Shown here: in pieces, positions 1 to 10,427 of the stretch | How positions within the stretch are numbered: position 1 is the stretch's first letter | Layout of the letters: each line of letters starts with the position of its first letter | Assembly: GCA_023435305.1 (NCBI GenBank) | Contig: JAEYRV010000040.1 | Location: 1,122 to 65,121, forward strand | Direction of reading: 5' to 3' | Origin: Bacillota bacterium | GTDB lineage: Bacteria; Bacillota; Clostridia; Acetivibrionales; DTU013 | Length of the DNA stretch: 64,000 nucleotides | Notes under the pieces: generated by a model | Database searches by the model: none | What the model was told of the DNA's origin: nothing | What the model saw: the letters and a program-made list of their open reading frames with translations, nothing else | Program-made: the position numbers and the translations under genes

Positions 1-601
1 CCCTGTTATTGATCTCCTGTGCCCTTGTGCTTATTTCTTCTGCAACCTGCACTCCTTGTGATGTCCTGTCAGTGATATTCTGTGCAGAACTGGCAATATC
101 AAGTGTCGCCGCCGCAATATCTTCTGAAATGTCTGCTGTTTCCTTCATTATGCCGGCTAAATTTCCCGAGCTGGTGCTCACGTTACTGATATCCTGATAC
201 AATTCATGCAGTTCATTACATTTACCCGCTATTGTTTCAACCTCATCCTTATTGAGATTACTCTGTGACCCGCATCTATCTGTTACTGCCAATATGCTTC
301 CCACTAGCTCTTTTACCTGATCGTTTTTACTCATGCTGGCAGGCATATCCCTCAGAGAGCCGACATCCTCTATGGATCTTAAGTATTCGGAAAAAATACG
401 TGTTTCCTTTATTGACGAGACGGAAAAAAACATATGTAAGGAGTTGGCTGACAATGCAATGAAGGCTAATATCATCATAAAAATATCAAGGATTGTACTG
501 CCTTTTGTTAGAAAACTAAATAAGCTCAATAAAAAGAGAATCAATAGGATCAGTTCCGCTGCGATAAGTAAATATGACCGTCTTCCCCATAATTTTATCA
601 T
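1..601 (-). CDS. methyl-accepting chemotaxis protein, N-terminal part (gene runs off the window at position 1)
   Basis: My minus-strand translation from the ATG at 599-601 gives MIKLWGRRSYLLIAAELILLILFLL (a TM segment). It continues to ...SSGNLAGIMKETADISEDIAAATLDIASSAQNITDRTSQGVQVAEEISTRAQEINN, typical of the MCP signalling domain. It is absent from the ORF track because no stop lies inside the window. Confidence 0.7.
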   Translation of the reverse strand, partial: MIKLWGRRSYLLIAAELILLILFLLSLFSFLTKGSTILDIFMMILAFIALSANSLHMFFSVSSIKETRIFSEYLRSIEDVGSLRDMPASMSKNDQVKELVGSILAVTDRCGSQSNLNKDEVETIAGKCNELHELYQDISNVSTSSGNLAGIMKETADISEDIAAATLDIASSAQNITDRTSQGVQVAEEISTRAQEINNR

Positions 602-823
602 CTGACAATATCCCTTCTCGTACAAAAATAATGTAAGCAAAGGATCACTGTACATTTCAATCAAAGGTACTTTTTCATATATCCTGCATATATTACTTGC
701 ATTAGTATTATTTTACAGCATTTAGTGAGTTTTTTCAACAGGTTTATTTGATATTATCTGCAGCACTTCAACATGTAAAAGATTCTCGTTAACAGTCTTC
801 AGAATGATCACATACTCTCCTTA

Positions 824-865
824 CAAAAAAACATACCGGCCAATTTCTTGTATTTGGCCGGCATG
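824..865 (-). terminator. intrinsic terminator after the FNT gene
   Basis: The RNA reads AUGCCGGCCAA-loop-UUGGCCGGUAU followed by GUUUUUUU, about 20 nt past the stop at 886. Confidence 0.7.
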
Positions 866-885
866 ACTTATTTCAATCAACAGTT

Positions 886-1770
886 TTACACTTTATTGCT
901 TCGAAGTTCAATTGCTGCTTCTTTTGATGGCTTCGGCTTCCTTTTGAAAAGGTAAACAAACCAATATACTGCACCTACAAAGACTGCGCCGCCTACTATA
1001 TTTCCTAAAGTAACGGGTATCAAATTACCGGTCACAAAAGATCCCCAATTAAGGGCCGCGATCTTTTCCGGGTCGACTCCAAGTGAAACAGCAGCCTGTA
1101 CAAATCCCGGGTTTGCTTTTGCAAGAATGCCTGCAGGTATATAATACATATTGGCAACACTATGTTCAAATCCGGACGTGATGAACAGCCATATCGGAAA
1201 AAATATGGCCAGGATCTTGCCGGTCATATCCTTTGCCCCGGCTGCCATCCACACTGCCACACATACCAGCCAGTTGCAGAGGATCCCCATGAAAAATGCA
1301 TTTCCAAAGGTCATCCCAGTCTTGTATACTGCAGTTTTGATCGTAAAACCGCCCAGAAGGCCATTCGAAAAGTCCAACTGTCCGGAGTACAGTATCAGGA
1401 ACACAACTATCATTGCACCGACAAAATTCCCCACATATACAAAGGCCCAGTTCTTGAGCAAGGCAGCAAGGCTGGATTTATGTTCATTGCATGAGATCAC
1501 GATCAGACAGTTCCCGGTGAAAAGCTCCGCTCCGGCCACAATCACCATCATAAGTCCTGCAGAAAACAATGCACCTGCCAGGGCTTTGGCCAGGCCCACC
1601 GAGCTTATTGTATGTATCGCCGCATTTGAGCCCTCAGAGGCAAAAGCAATAAAAGCGCCTGCCAGGATCCCAAGGATGAATTGCTTAAGCGCAGGCAGTT
1701 CAGCCTTTTTTCGAGCGACCTCGATATAATTCTGCGCAATTTCTTCAGGGCTTAGAAACGATTTGTCCAT
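886..1770 (-). CDS. formate/nitrite transporter (FNT) family channel
   Basis: 294 aa, polytopic. The N-terminus (EIAQNYIEVARKKAELPALKQFILGILAGAFIAF) and the AELFTGN, FFPIWLFITSGFEHSVANMY motifs are typical of FocA/NirC-type channels. Confidence 0.85.
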   Translation of the reverse strand: MDKSFLSPEEIAQNYIEVARKKAELPALKQFILGILAGAFIAFASEGSNAAIHTISSVGLAKALAGALFSAGLMMVIVAGAELFTGNCLIVISCNEHKSSLAALLKNWAFVYVGNFVGAMIVVFLILYSGQLDFSNGLLGGFTIKTAVYKTGMTFGNAFFMGILCNWLVCVAVWMAAGAKDMTGKILAIFFPIWLFITSGFEHSVANMYYIPAGILAKANPGFVQAAVSLGVDPEKIAALNWGSFVTGNLIPVTLGNIVGGAVFVGAVYWFVYLFKRKPKPSKEAAIELRSNKV

Positions 1771-1824
1771 ACGTTGGTCCTCACTTCATAGATTATGCTA
1801 TATCCCAATATTATTTCAGCAGCT

Positions 1825-2853
1825 TCAAATAACTGCCTCTGTATTTCCCATTTCATTCAGGATTTCCGGGATCACTTCAAATAAATCGCCGACAATTGCA
1901 ATGTCCGCCATTTGCATCATTGGAGTATCCGGGTTTTTGTCGATTGCTATGATCAATTCACAGGACTGCATCCCGACCAGATGCTGGATCTGCCCGGAAA
2001 TACCGCAGGCGATATAAACCTTTGTCTGTACCGTCTGGCCTGTCTGGCCGACCTGATGGGCATAAGGGACCCAGCCCGCGTCGACAGCTGCACGGCTTGC
2101 CCCTACAGCGCCGCCCACTCTTGCCGCAAATTCCCGCAGGAGCTCAAATCCTTTGGGACCCTTGACACCTCTGCCGCCTGCAACTATTATCGGGGCATCA
2201 CCAATATTAACAGTGGTTTCACCGCTGTGAAAGCTCTCAACGATCCGTTTTATTTTGGTCACATCACTATCGATGACATCCTCACGAATTATCTCACCGG
2301 ATCTTCCCGGATCCGGCACGAGTGCTTTCATGACCCTGGGACGGACTGTAGCCATCTGAGGGCGATGATTCGAGCAGCGGATCGTCGCCATGATATTCCC
2401 GCCGAAGGCAGGTCTTGTCTGCAGCAGATCTCCGTTTTCCGGATCTATTCCAAGCTCGGTGCAATCAGCGGTCAAGCCGCAATTTGCTTTGACTGCAACA
2501 CGAGGTATGAGCGCACGTCCTCTTGCAGTGGCAGCACCTATTACTATCTCAGGGTTATATTTTTCTATCAGCCTTATTAAAATGTCGGCTTCCATTTCGT
2601 CAATAAAACCTGAAAGCCTTGTATCATCAACTAAAATCACATTGTCCGCCCCAAATGCAAACAGTGATCCGGCCTGCTTGGCAGCGCCGGAACCCATTAA
2701 AACGGCCCAGACCTGGGAGGCTCTCGCATCGGCCAAGGCCCTGGCCGCACCTATCATCTCATGCGTAACAGGCTGTATCTTCCCGGAAAGAAACTCGGCC
2801 ACTACCCATACATTGGAGTATTTTGATTTATCGGTACCATTTGAAATGAACAT
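1825..2853 (-). CDS. etfA: electron transfer flavoprotein alpha subunit
   Basis: 342 aa. The C-terminal FAD-binding signature is present (VYIACGISGQIQHLVGMQSCELIIAIDKNPDTPMMQMADIAIVGD). It starts 15 nt after etfB. Confidence 0.9.
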   Translation of the reverse strand: MFISNGTDKSKYSNVWVVAEFLSGKIQPVTHEMIGAARALADARASQVWAVLMGSGAAKQAGSLFAFGADNVILVDDTRLSGFIDEMEADILIRLIEKYNPEIVIGAATARGRALIPRVAVKANCGLTADCTELGIDPENGDLLQTRPAFGGNIMATIRCSNHRPQMATVRPRVMKALVPDPGRSGEIIREDVIDSDVTKIKRIVESFHSGETTVNIGDAPIIVAGGRGVKGPKGFELLREFAARVGGAVGASRAAVDAGWVPYAHQVGQTGQTVQTKVYIACGISGQIQHLVGMQSCELIIAIDKNPDTPMMQMADIAIVGDLFEVIPEILNEMGNTEAVI

Positions 2854-2868
2854 AAATTTTCCCTCCGA

Positions 2869-3657
2869 TTACAGTATACTGCGGACTTTAAGCTCGTGTA
2901 CAAGCTGCCTTGCACAATCCTTCGGCGAACCTTCGATCCTTTTTGTAACAGCATTTCTAGGTGGCGGCGGCGCAGTTTTTACAACTCTTGTCGGCGAGCC
3001 GTTCAGGCCGATTTTTTCTATCTCAGCGCCTATATCAGAAGGCTTCCAGACCGGTATATCTATTTTATCGGAAGCAAGACGTCCCTTGAGGGTGGGGACA
3101 CGAGGCGTGTTGATGTCCTTTAGCACGGTTATTACTGCAGGAAAATCTATTTTACAAATATCATATCCATCTTCATGCATCCGTTTGACTTTTATGCTTT
3201 CAGAATCTGCATCTTCAACACCCATGACATAAGTCGCCTGGACCCAGTCCAGATGTGCGGCGATCCCCGGGCCAACCTGAGCGGTATCTCCATCGATAGC
3301 CTGCTTCCCACAGATGACCAGGTCTACGTCGCCTATTTTATCTATAGCTTTCGCAAGAGCATAGCTTGTCGCCCATGTATCGGAACCGCCAAATGCTCTG
3401 TCACTTAACAGGACCGCCCTGTCTGCGCCTACGGATATTGCCTCGCGCAAACTGAGCGCCGCCTTATCAGGGCCCATCGAAAGAACGATCACTTCGCCGC
3501 CGAACTTGTCCCGGAGCTGCACCCCTTCTTCGACAGCATATATATCAAATGGATTAATGACCGCCTTTTGCCCTTCACGAATGATCCTTTTCGTCTCCGG
3601 ATCTATCTTGGCCTCATTGGTCGCAGGAACTTGTTTGATGCAAACTACGATTCTCAT
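2869..3657 (-). CDS. etfB: electron transfer flavoprotein beta subunit
   Basis: 262 aa with MRIVVCIKQVP..., SDRAFGGSDTWATS, CGKQAIDGDTAQVGP and GSPTRV. This resembles clostridial Etf beta subunits. Confidence 0.9.
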   Translation of the reverse strand: MRIVVCIKQVPATNEAKIDPETKRIIREGQKAVINPFDIYAVEEGVQLRDKFGGEVIVLSMGPDKAALSLREAISVGADRAVLLSDRAFGGSDTWATSYALAKAIDKIGDVDLVICGKQAIDGDTAQVGPGIAAHLDWVQATYVMGVEDADSESIKVKRMHEDGYDICKIDFPAVITVLKDINTPRVPTLKGRLASDKIDIPVWKPSDIGAEIEKIGLNGSPTRVVKTAPPPPRNAVTKRIEGSPKDCARQLVHELKVRSIL

Positions 3658-3718
3658 ATGATTCTCCTTACATGATCTGATTGGGTATTCCCATATTAAA
3701 CATGTCCTTACCTGAAAA

Positions 3719-4519
3719 TCAGGTCCATGTATCCTTTACCAGATGGTACTGTGTCTTGAATCCCAGCAGAGACAGGTAAACGCCGCATCTCGGATAAATC
3801 CTGTGAAGCAGCTTTAATGTTTCGATAGGATCAAACTGCGTATCTTCAGGTATCTCATATCCGACCGCATCTGAAAGAAGGCTGATTTTTTTGCTCATCC
3901 AGGCTTCAATAATTACAGGTACATCCGGGTATTTCTCCAGCAGCTCCTCAACGATACTGTTTCTTTCAATAATAGGCTGAGTCACTATGAATGAGGCACC
4001 TGCCTGCATTTTCCTCTGCAGCTTTTCAAATTCATGTTCGGGAGGTTCATATGGATTAAAAGCAACCCCCATAACAAAAGTATCGGGGTACTCGTCTTCT
4101 ATATATTTCAACAATTCAACAGATGTGACTGACATTGCTGCTCCGCCGGCTCCTACATCGGAGGGCTGAAGTTTTGGCAAACGTTCGGAGCCGTCGCCGC
4201 TTATTACTAATAAGTACTTGATCCCCAGGGCTCTGCACGAGTCAAGAATGTTATGCAGATCCTGTTTTGTATGAAATGTGTTAAGGTGGATCATTACATT
4301 CTCAGCATTTACAGCAAGCCCCATCTCTTCTATAACCTCGGTGCCCTGGAAGGAAAGGTGGCCCATTGCATTATCTGTGATGCATGCACAATAACCGCTT
4401 TCCATGACTCTGTTAAATTTCGCGGCAAACAGCTCCAAATCGGCTTCCAGCTTCTCCGTATCCTGTTTGGGAGGAAGTATCTCAACATGATATATTTTGT
4501 TAGAAATATGGTGCTGCAT
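3719..4519 (-). CDS. methylenetetrahydrofolate reductase (MetF/MTHFR)-like protein
   Basis: MTHFR-like blocks are present: IHLNTFH (like HLTC), LLVISGDG (like LxLRGD), VMGVAFNPYE, KMQAGASFIVTQP. I prefer the ATG at 4517-4519; the track ORF begins at a TTG at 4597. Confidence 0.6.
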   Translation of the reverse strand: MQHHISNKIYHVEILPPKQDTEKLEADLELFAAKFNRVMESGYCACITDNAMGHLSFQGTEVIEEMGLAVNAENVMIHLNTFHTKQDLHNILDSCRALGIKYLLVISGDGSERLPKLQPSDVGAGGAAMSVTSVELLKYIEDEYPDTFVMGVAFNPYEPPEHEFEKLQRKMQAGASFIVTQPIIERNSIVEELLEKYPDVPVIIEAWMSKKISLLSDAVGYEIPEDTQFDPIETLKLLHRIYPRCGVYLSLLGFKTQYHLVKDTWT

Positions 4520-4652
4520 TGACCATACCGCCTTTCTATACTCATTACAATGCGGAACATTAACAGTCCAAATATATTTTAGAACACGGAAAAACAAGAA
4601 TCTTTTAAATTCTAACTAGAAATTGTAATTTTCGATTATTTTGGAGAAATAT

Positions 4653-5363
4653 TCACTCAAACTCGCGGAACCCCATCTTAAGCCATGTTTCCATGTCTAT
4701 CGTATTGTGGGCTTTTAGGCCGCTGTTTCGCTGGAATTGATGGATTGCCTTTTTAAGGCCGTCCTCATATATGCCGTCCAGAGGACCGTTATAGTAACCC
4801 AGCTGCTTAAGCCGCCGCTGTATGGCGAGCACATCGGCTCCCCTGTCTCCGGGATTGATCTCATCGAAATGCCTGCCGAACGGTCCGAACTGGCCATTCA
4901 CGATCACTACCTCAGTACCGACGGATACAAGGCTGTACAACTCAGCCACATCATCATTGAACATGCGTATACAGCCATGGCTGGCTGCAGAACCGATCGA
5001 CCCGCTTTCCTTTGTTCCATGGATACCATATTTCCCCCAGGGGACATCCAGCCCCAGCCACCTGCCGCCAAAGCCCTCTCCCCAGTCGCCCTTCTCCACT
5101 ATCGTCCAGCGTCCCAGGGGCGACGGCAGCCCTGACTTGCCCGAGGCAATAGTGTACTCCTTCACGCACTCGCTGCCATCGAGAAGATACAGCGTTTTAT
5201 CCTCTATCTCGACAAAAATGACATATTCTCTTTTATTATCTAAAGCAGAAGTGTCTGATAAAATTTCCTCTTTTACATCAATAAGCATCTGTGTGATCGA
5301 CAAAGCTGATATCATAGCCAGAAAATATATCAAACATATCCTGAGCCTGTTCAATATGAACAC
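4653..5363 (-). CDS. L,D-transpeptidase (YkuD domain) with a C-terminal peptidoglycan-binding domain
   Basis: HGTKESGSIGSAASHGCIRMFNDDV is the YkuD catalytic His/Cys motif. The C-terminal VLAIQRRLKQLGYYNGPLDGIYEDGLKKAIHQFQ looks like PG_binding_1. There is an N-terminal signal anchor. The start is either the GTG at 5363 or the TTG at 5354. Confidence 0.85.
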   Translation of the reverse strand: MFILNRLRICLIYFLAMISALSITQMLIDVKEEILSDTSALDNKREYVIFVEIEDKTLYLLDGSECVKEYTIASGKSGLPSPLGRWTIVEKGDWGEGFGGRWLGLDVPWGKYGIHGTKESGSIGSAASHGCIRMFNDDVAELYSLVSVGTEVVIVNGQFGPFGRHFDEINPGDRGADVLAIQRRLKQLGYYNGPLDGIYEDGLKKAIHQFQRNSGLKAHNTIDMETWLKMGFREFE

Positions 5364-5548
5364 CCCCCCCGAAAACAGACAAATGCACAGGATCTGATAC
5401 CTCGGGTCTACTGCACCAATTATCTATATGCGGTGGTATATGACTTTATAATAATTGCACATGAACGTATAAAGTCAAAAATTTTTACAGTGGACGCCAA
5501 ATGTTATAAGTAATAAAATTAAATAAAAACGCAGAGGGGATCGACAAA

Positions 5549-6565
5549 ATGTACAGCTTTATGAGTGATTACAGCGAAGGAGCTCATCCCAGGATATTAA
5601 AAGCGCTGACTGAAATAAACGGCGAGCAGTTCGACGGCTACGGAGCAGACCGGATATCCGGAGAAGCCGCGGAGTTGATCAGAAAATTAATAAATAATGA
5701 TAATGCAGATGTTCACTTCATATCAGGCGGTACATTGACAAATCTCACTGCGATATCAGCCTTCCTGAGACCTCATGAAGCGGTAATCTCCGCATCGACA
5801 GGGCACATCAGCATTCATGAAACCGGGGCGATAGAATCGACAGGACACAAGATCATTCTATTGGAACCAAGCAATGGAAAAATAACTGCAGAGCAGGTAA
5901 AAAAGGCATTCGAAGCACATACCGACGAGCACATGGTAAAGCCAAAGCTGGTCTATATATCAAACTCTACTGAAATAGGCACAATATATAAAAAATACGA
6001 GCTGGAACAGCTCAGCAAGGTCTGCAAGGAGTGCAGCATGCTGCTTTATATAGATGGGGCAAGGCTTGGGACTGCCCTGTGCTCTGATGAAAACGACATA
6101 ACTATGTCGGATCTTGGGAGGCTGGCAGACTCGTTTTATATCGGCGGCACTAAAAACGGAGCACTTCTTGGAGAAGCGTTGGTTATCTGCAATGACATGC
6201 TTAAAGAAGATTTCCGATTCCACATAAAGCAAAAGGGCGGAATGATGGCAAAGGGCTGGATAATAGGACTGCAATTCGCAGAATTGCTTAGGGACGGCCT
6301 GTATTTCGAATTAGCAGGACATTCCAACAGGATGGCCGCCAAACTAATGGAGGGTATAGCTTCACTTGGTTACGAATTTTTATCAAAATCATCGACAAAT
6401 CAAATATTCCCTATACTGCCCAATACCGTAATCAAGGGGCTCCAGGAAAATTACATGTTCCATATCTGGTCGAAATGCAGTGATGATACCTCTGCTATAA
6501 GACTTGTGACTTCATGGGCTGTAAATGAAGAAATGATCGATGCTTTCCTGAATGATCTAAAATAA
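5549..6565 (+). CDS. threonine aldolase / beta-eliminating lyase family PLP enzyme
   Basis: 338 aa with MSDYSEGAHPRILKAL..., ISGGTLTNL, YIDGARL and GGTKNGA (the PLP lysine region). Confidence 0.75.
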   Translation: MYSFMSDYSEGAHPRILKALTEINGEQFDGYGADRISGEAAELIRKLINNDNADVHFISGGTLTNLTAISAFLRPHEAVISASTGHISIHETGAIESTGHKIILLEPSNGKITAEQVKKAFEAHTDEHMVKPKLVYISNSTEIGTIYKKYELEQLSKVCKECSMLLYIDGARLGTALCSDENDITMSDLGRLADSFYIGGTKNGALLGEALVICNDMLKEDFRFHIKQKGGMMAKGWIIGLQFAELLRDGLYFELAGHSNRMAAKLMEGIASLGYEFLSKSSTNQIFPILPNTVIKGLQENYMFHIWSKCSDDTSAIRLVTSWAVNEEMIDAFLNDLK

Positions 6566-6579
6566 GGTGTCTGGCGTCT

Positions 6580-8433
6580 CTATACTGATTCGACCAGTTT
6601 GTTGAACTGTTCCTCTTCCAGGGGCCTGCTCAGCAGGAAACCCTGGAGGCAGTCGCAGTTCTCCTTCTTCAGATATTCTAGCTGTTCGGTGTTTTCCACA
6701 CCTTCTGCGATCACCATTATGTTCAGGCTGTGAGCAAGCCAGATTATCGATCCGATTATTTCATTTCCATGCTCTGTTTCACCGATCCTGCTTACAAAGG
6801 TCCTGTCGATCTTAAGCGTATCGATAGGCAGCATCTGCAGGTATTTCAATGAAGCATATCCTGTTCCAAAATCATCGAGCGCTATGCTTATTCCCATTTC
6901 CTTCAGCTGATTAAGAATTTCGATGACCTTCTCGGGGTATGAAATAAGCACTGACTCTGTTATCTCAAATTCGAGATATCTGCTGTCAAACCCCGTTTCC
7001 TGCAAGACTCTTTTGACCATATTGACAAAAGACGGCTGGACTATCTGTACCACTGAAATATTAATAGTCAGTTTAAAATCCATCTGGCTGGCCGCCTGCA
7101 TCTGTCTGAACCTGTTCAGGACTGTTCTCATGATCCATTCACCGATCTCGATTATCAGGCCTGTCTCCTCCGCTATCGGAATAAACTGTGACGGACTGAC
7201 ATGGCCAAGACTTTCAGAATACCATCTGCAAAGCGCCTCAAATCCCCTGATGCGTCCTGTATCACAGAAGTATTGCGGCTGGAAAACAAGATAGAGCTCT
7301 TTATTATTCAATGCTGATTTTAACCCGTTCTCAATTCGGGACTTGTTAAGCAAACTGGTTTGCATCTCGCTGCAGAAAAAGCTGATGCCGTTTTTTCCGG
7401 ATTTTTTTATCGAATGCATCGCTATATCTGCATTTTTCAGCAGATCCTCGGTTGTCTCTCCGTCCACAGGGAAAATCGATATCCCAAAGCTTGCATTGAT
7501 GAAAAATTCCTTGTTTTCACACCTGCATACCTCGGCTATTGCAGTTTTAAAGTCATTGACATATTTGAGTATCTCCTCACGGCTCATCTCCCGCCGGACA
7601 AGCAAGGCAAATTCATCACCGCCGAGACGCCCGACCACATCCTTTTCGTCAAGCCTGCTTTTTAATCGTTCGGCAATGGTCTGCAATATCCTGTCGCCTA
7701 TATGATGACCCATAATGTCATTTATTTCTTTGAAATTATCGATATCAATGAATATAAATGAAAATCCGGTGCTGTTAACACCTGAATAATGGATAAGCAT
7801 GTCCAGCTTCTTTATTATCATTTTCCTGTTGGGCAGTCCCGTCAGAGTATCATAAAAGGCCATGTATTCAAGCTTTTTCTTGTTTTCATTCATCAGACTG
7901 TTATATTTGACAAGCTGTTGATTCTGCCTGCTCAATTCGTCCTTGGAGGCCGATATTTCTTCATACAGGGAGGTGATCTCCTCTTTCTGCTCTGACAGCA
8001 TCTTAAAGTAACTGAAAATACCCTTTTTATAGTAGTAGATCACTATGCAAATAATAATTGCGCCAAAATATGTGATAGCGCCCGGTAAAGCATCCAGATC
8101 ACTACCCATGATGATACCGAGGAAGGCAAAGCAGATACCTGTTATATTCAACAAAACAGATGCTGTAAACCCCCTTTTTCCGGTACTGATCGCCAGGTAG
8201 ACAGTACAAAGCAGCTGTACCTGTGATGCAAGGCCTCTATATACATAATCGCTCATTATAACGCCAAAAAGTTTGAACTGAGTCCCAACATTATCGGCAG
8301 TATCTCTCAGGAAAAAAACCAGGGCAATGTAGACAGCCGAGCAAACAGCAATCATGATCCACTCGATTGCAGGGCTTTTAGAAACTATGTTAACGTCAGC
8401 CGGCTGTACATCAGTATTTCCGCTTACACGCAT
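6580..8433 (-). CDS. membrane-anchored diguanylate cyclase/phosphodiesterase (GGDEF + EAL)
   Basis: The N-terminus is multi-TM. The protein contains RLGGDEFALLV (GGDEF), GFEALCRW (EAL), and DDFGTGYASL and KIDRTF in the EAL domain. Confidence 0.9.
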   Translation of the reverse strand: MRVSGNTDVQPADVNIVSKSPAIEWIMIAVCSAVYIALVFFLRDTADNVGTQFKLFGVIMSDYVYRGLASQVQLLCTVYLAISTGKRGFTASVLLNITGICFAFLGIIMGSDLDALPGAITYFGAIIICIVIYYYKKGIFSYFKMLSEQKEEITSLYEEISASKDELSRQNQQLVKYNSLMNENKKKLEYMAFYDTLTGLPNRKMIIKKLDMLIHYSGVNSTGFSFIFIDIDNFKEINDIMGHHIGDRILQTIAERLKSRLDEKDVVGRLGGDEFALLVRREMSREEILKYVNDFKTAIAEVCRCENKEFFINASFGISIFPVDGETTEDLLKNADIAMHSIKKSGKNGISFFCSEMQTSLLNKSRIENGLKSALNNKELYLVFQPQYFCDTGRIRGFEALCRWYSESLGHVSPSQFIPIAEETGLIIEIGEWIMRTVLNRFRQMQAASQMDFKLTINISVVQIVQPSFVNMVKRVLQETGFDSRYLEFEITESVLISYPEKVIEILNQLKEMGISIALDDFGTGYASLKYLQMLPIDTLKIDRTFVSRIGETEHGNEIIGSIIWLAHSLNIMVIAEGVENTEQLEYLKKENCDCLQGFLLSRPLEEEQFNKLVESV

Positions 8434-8550
8434 TCAATACCTCTCGTTCAAACGTGATTTTTCACTTCCGACCGCTTACATCTACATTATACCAATAAGT
8501 AATAAAATAAATCAATACAGAGCAATGAACGATAGTTCATCGGTGCCGTA

Positions 8551-8826
8551 TCATTTTTTGATCTCACTGCCTGTCAGCAGTATTTCAAACTTGTCGAACC
8601 AGACCTTCTCTATGAATTGTTCAGATGAAAAAAAAGTTTTACGGAAAACAGCAAGCTCCTTTGTGTTTTTCTTCAGCCAAAGAGGCACAGGTATTTCAAG
8701 GGCAGAACACAGCTCCACAAGACAGTTCTCCAGTTTATCCCTGAAGCTGTGCTCGCCGTCATTATCCTGCGAAGTGCCTTCCCTCACGATTCTTCCTTCA
8801 ACCAGCAGCTTGCCATTGAGTGTCAA
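8551..8826 (-). CDS. hypothetical small protein (91 aa) downstream of cimA
   Basis: The ORF has a TTG start and a weak SD, lies 38 nt after cimA, and has a protein-like composition. I recognise no family. Confidence 0.4.
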   Translation of the reverse strand: MTLNGKLLVEGRIVREGTSQDNDGEHSFRDKLENCLVELCSALEIPVPLWLKKNTKELAVFRKTFFSSEQFIEKVWFDKFEILLTGSEIKK

Positions 8827-8864
8827 TTAATTTCCGCCTTTCACAATGAAGTACATTCGTCTAG

Positions 8865-10427
8865 CTATATGCTGCCAAGCTTGTATTCTATAGAATCGAC
8901 CAATGCCTTCCAGCTGGCCTCTATTATATCTGTTGAAACACCTATCGTAGTCCATACCTCGCTGCCGTCTGTGGATTCGATCAGTACTCTTACCCTCGCT
9001 GCCGTTGCTGCAGTTGAATCCAGTACTCTTACCTTGTAGTCCGTCAATTTCATCTCATGTATTACAGGATAGAATCTGGACAATGCCTTTCTGACTGCGT
9101 TATCGAGAGCATTTACCGGGCCGTCGCCCTCTGCTGCCGTTATTTCTTCCTGATCTCCCACCTTGACCTTTATCATTGCAGATGAATTGCGCTCGTTGGC
9201 TTTTGCGGGTTCGTTCACTATGACCTTGAAATCCTTGAGCTCGAAAGACGGCTTGTACTTGCCCAGTACCTTTCTCACTATCAGCTCAAAGGAGCTTTCG
9301 GCGCCTTCATACTGATATCCCTCATGCTCCATTTCCTTGAGCTTTTCAAGGATCAGCCTGGTTTCCGGCGCATCCTTCGTGATATCAGGCACAATATTCC
9401 TGACCATATTCAATACTGCGCTTCTGCCTGCAACCTCTGACATGAGGAATGCTCTTTCATTCCCGACAAGTCCCGGTTCCATAAGCTCATATGCTGCCGA
9501 ATTCTTTACGACAGCATCAGCATGCATTCCTGCCTTGTGTGCAAATGCTGATCTGCCCACATAGGGTGCCCTCTCATCATGGATCACGTTAGCGATTTCG
9601 CTGACTGCCCGGGCTACAGTCGTCATCTCTGCCATATTCTCTTCAGGTATGCAGCTGCAGTCCATTTTCAGCTGTAGGGTAGGTATGATGGAACAAAGGT
9701 TGGCATTACCGCACCTTTCACCAAACCCGTTTATAGTGCCCTGCACCTGTGTCGCACCTGCCTGCACAGCCATTATAGTCCCTGCCACCGCCATACCGGT
9801 GTCGTTATGTGTATGGATGCCGATAGGTATGTCGAATTCTGCAACCACCTTCCCCGTAATGTCAAAAATATCCATGGGGAGACATCCGCCTTTGGTGTCA
9901 CAGAGGCAAAGGCAGTCCGCACCGGCCTCTGCTGCTGCTCTCAATGTATCCATTGCGTAAACAGGGTCAGAAAAGTATCCGTCAAAAAAGTGTTCTGCAT
10001 CGTATACTACTTCCTTGCCCATGTCCTTGAAATACTTGATCGTATCAAATATCATCCTGATATTTTCATCAAGAGTCGTTTTCAGTATATCGGTGACCTG
10101 GAAATCCCATGACTTGCCGAACAAGACTACCGCATCGGTGCCGGCCTTCAACAGTGATTTGACATTGGCGTCTTCCTCCACGGGTATCCCGACTCTTCTG
10201 GTGCTGCCAAATGCGATCAGCCTGGCATGCTGAAGCTTCATCTTACCTGCTCTCTCGAAGAATTCCAGATCCTTTGGATTTGATCCGGGATTGCCTGCTT
10301 CGATATAGGCAACACCCAGTGAATCAAGCCTTTTCACTATCTTCAGCTTGTCTTCAACCGTATATGAAATTCCCTGCGCCTGTGCTCCATCTCTCAGAGT
10401 GGAATCCAGAACTACGATTTTTTTCAT
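8865..10427 (-). CDS. cimA: citramalate synthase (LeuA-family, CimA type)
   Basis: 520 aa. It begins [57 protein letters not shown] and carries a C-terminal LeuA-dimer-like regulatory domain. Its ATGA start overlaps the leuA stop. Confidence 0.75.
   Translation of the reverse strand: MKKIVVLDSTLRDGAQAQGISYTVEDKLKIVKRLDSLGVAYIEAGNPGSNPKDLEFFERAGKMKLQHARLIAFGSTRRVGIPVEEDANVKSLLKAGTDAVVLFGKSWDFQVTDILKTTLDENIRMIFDTIKYFKDMGKEVVYDAEHFFDGYFSDPVYAMDTLRAAAEAGADCLCLCDTKGGCLPMDIFDITGKVVAEFDIPIGIHTHNDTGMAVAGTIMAVQAGATQVQGTINGFGERCGNANLCSIIPTLQLKMDCSCIPEENMAEMTTVARAVSEIANVIHDERAPYVGRSAFAHKAGMHADAVVKNSAAYELMEPGLVGNERAFLMSEVAGRSAVLNMVRNIVPDITKDAPETRLILEKLKEMEHEGYQYEGAESSFELIVRKVLGKYKPSFELKDFKVIVNEPAKANERNSSAMIKVKVGDQEEITAAEGDGPVNALDNAVRKALSRFYPVIHEMKLTDYKVRVLDSTAATAARVRVLIESTDGSEVWTTIGVSTDIIEASWKALVDSIEYKLGSI

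Noticed and set aside
9-605. Three plus-strand track ORFs (9-197, 265-462, 333-605).
   Set aside because: The minus strand here encodes a continuous MCP-like protein with a TM segment and signalling-domain motifs. The plus-strand ORFs are its antisense shadows.
2390-3232. A 280-aa plus-strand ORF. Similar long antisense ORFs lie at 4822-5397, 24059-24757, 25700-26251, 43857-44540 and 44137-44736.
   Set aside because: All lie opposite confidently assigned minus-strand genes (etfA/etfB, L,D-transpeptidase, rho, the substrate-binding protein). They have low-complexity Ser/Pro/Leu-rich translations and lack SD sequences.
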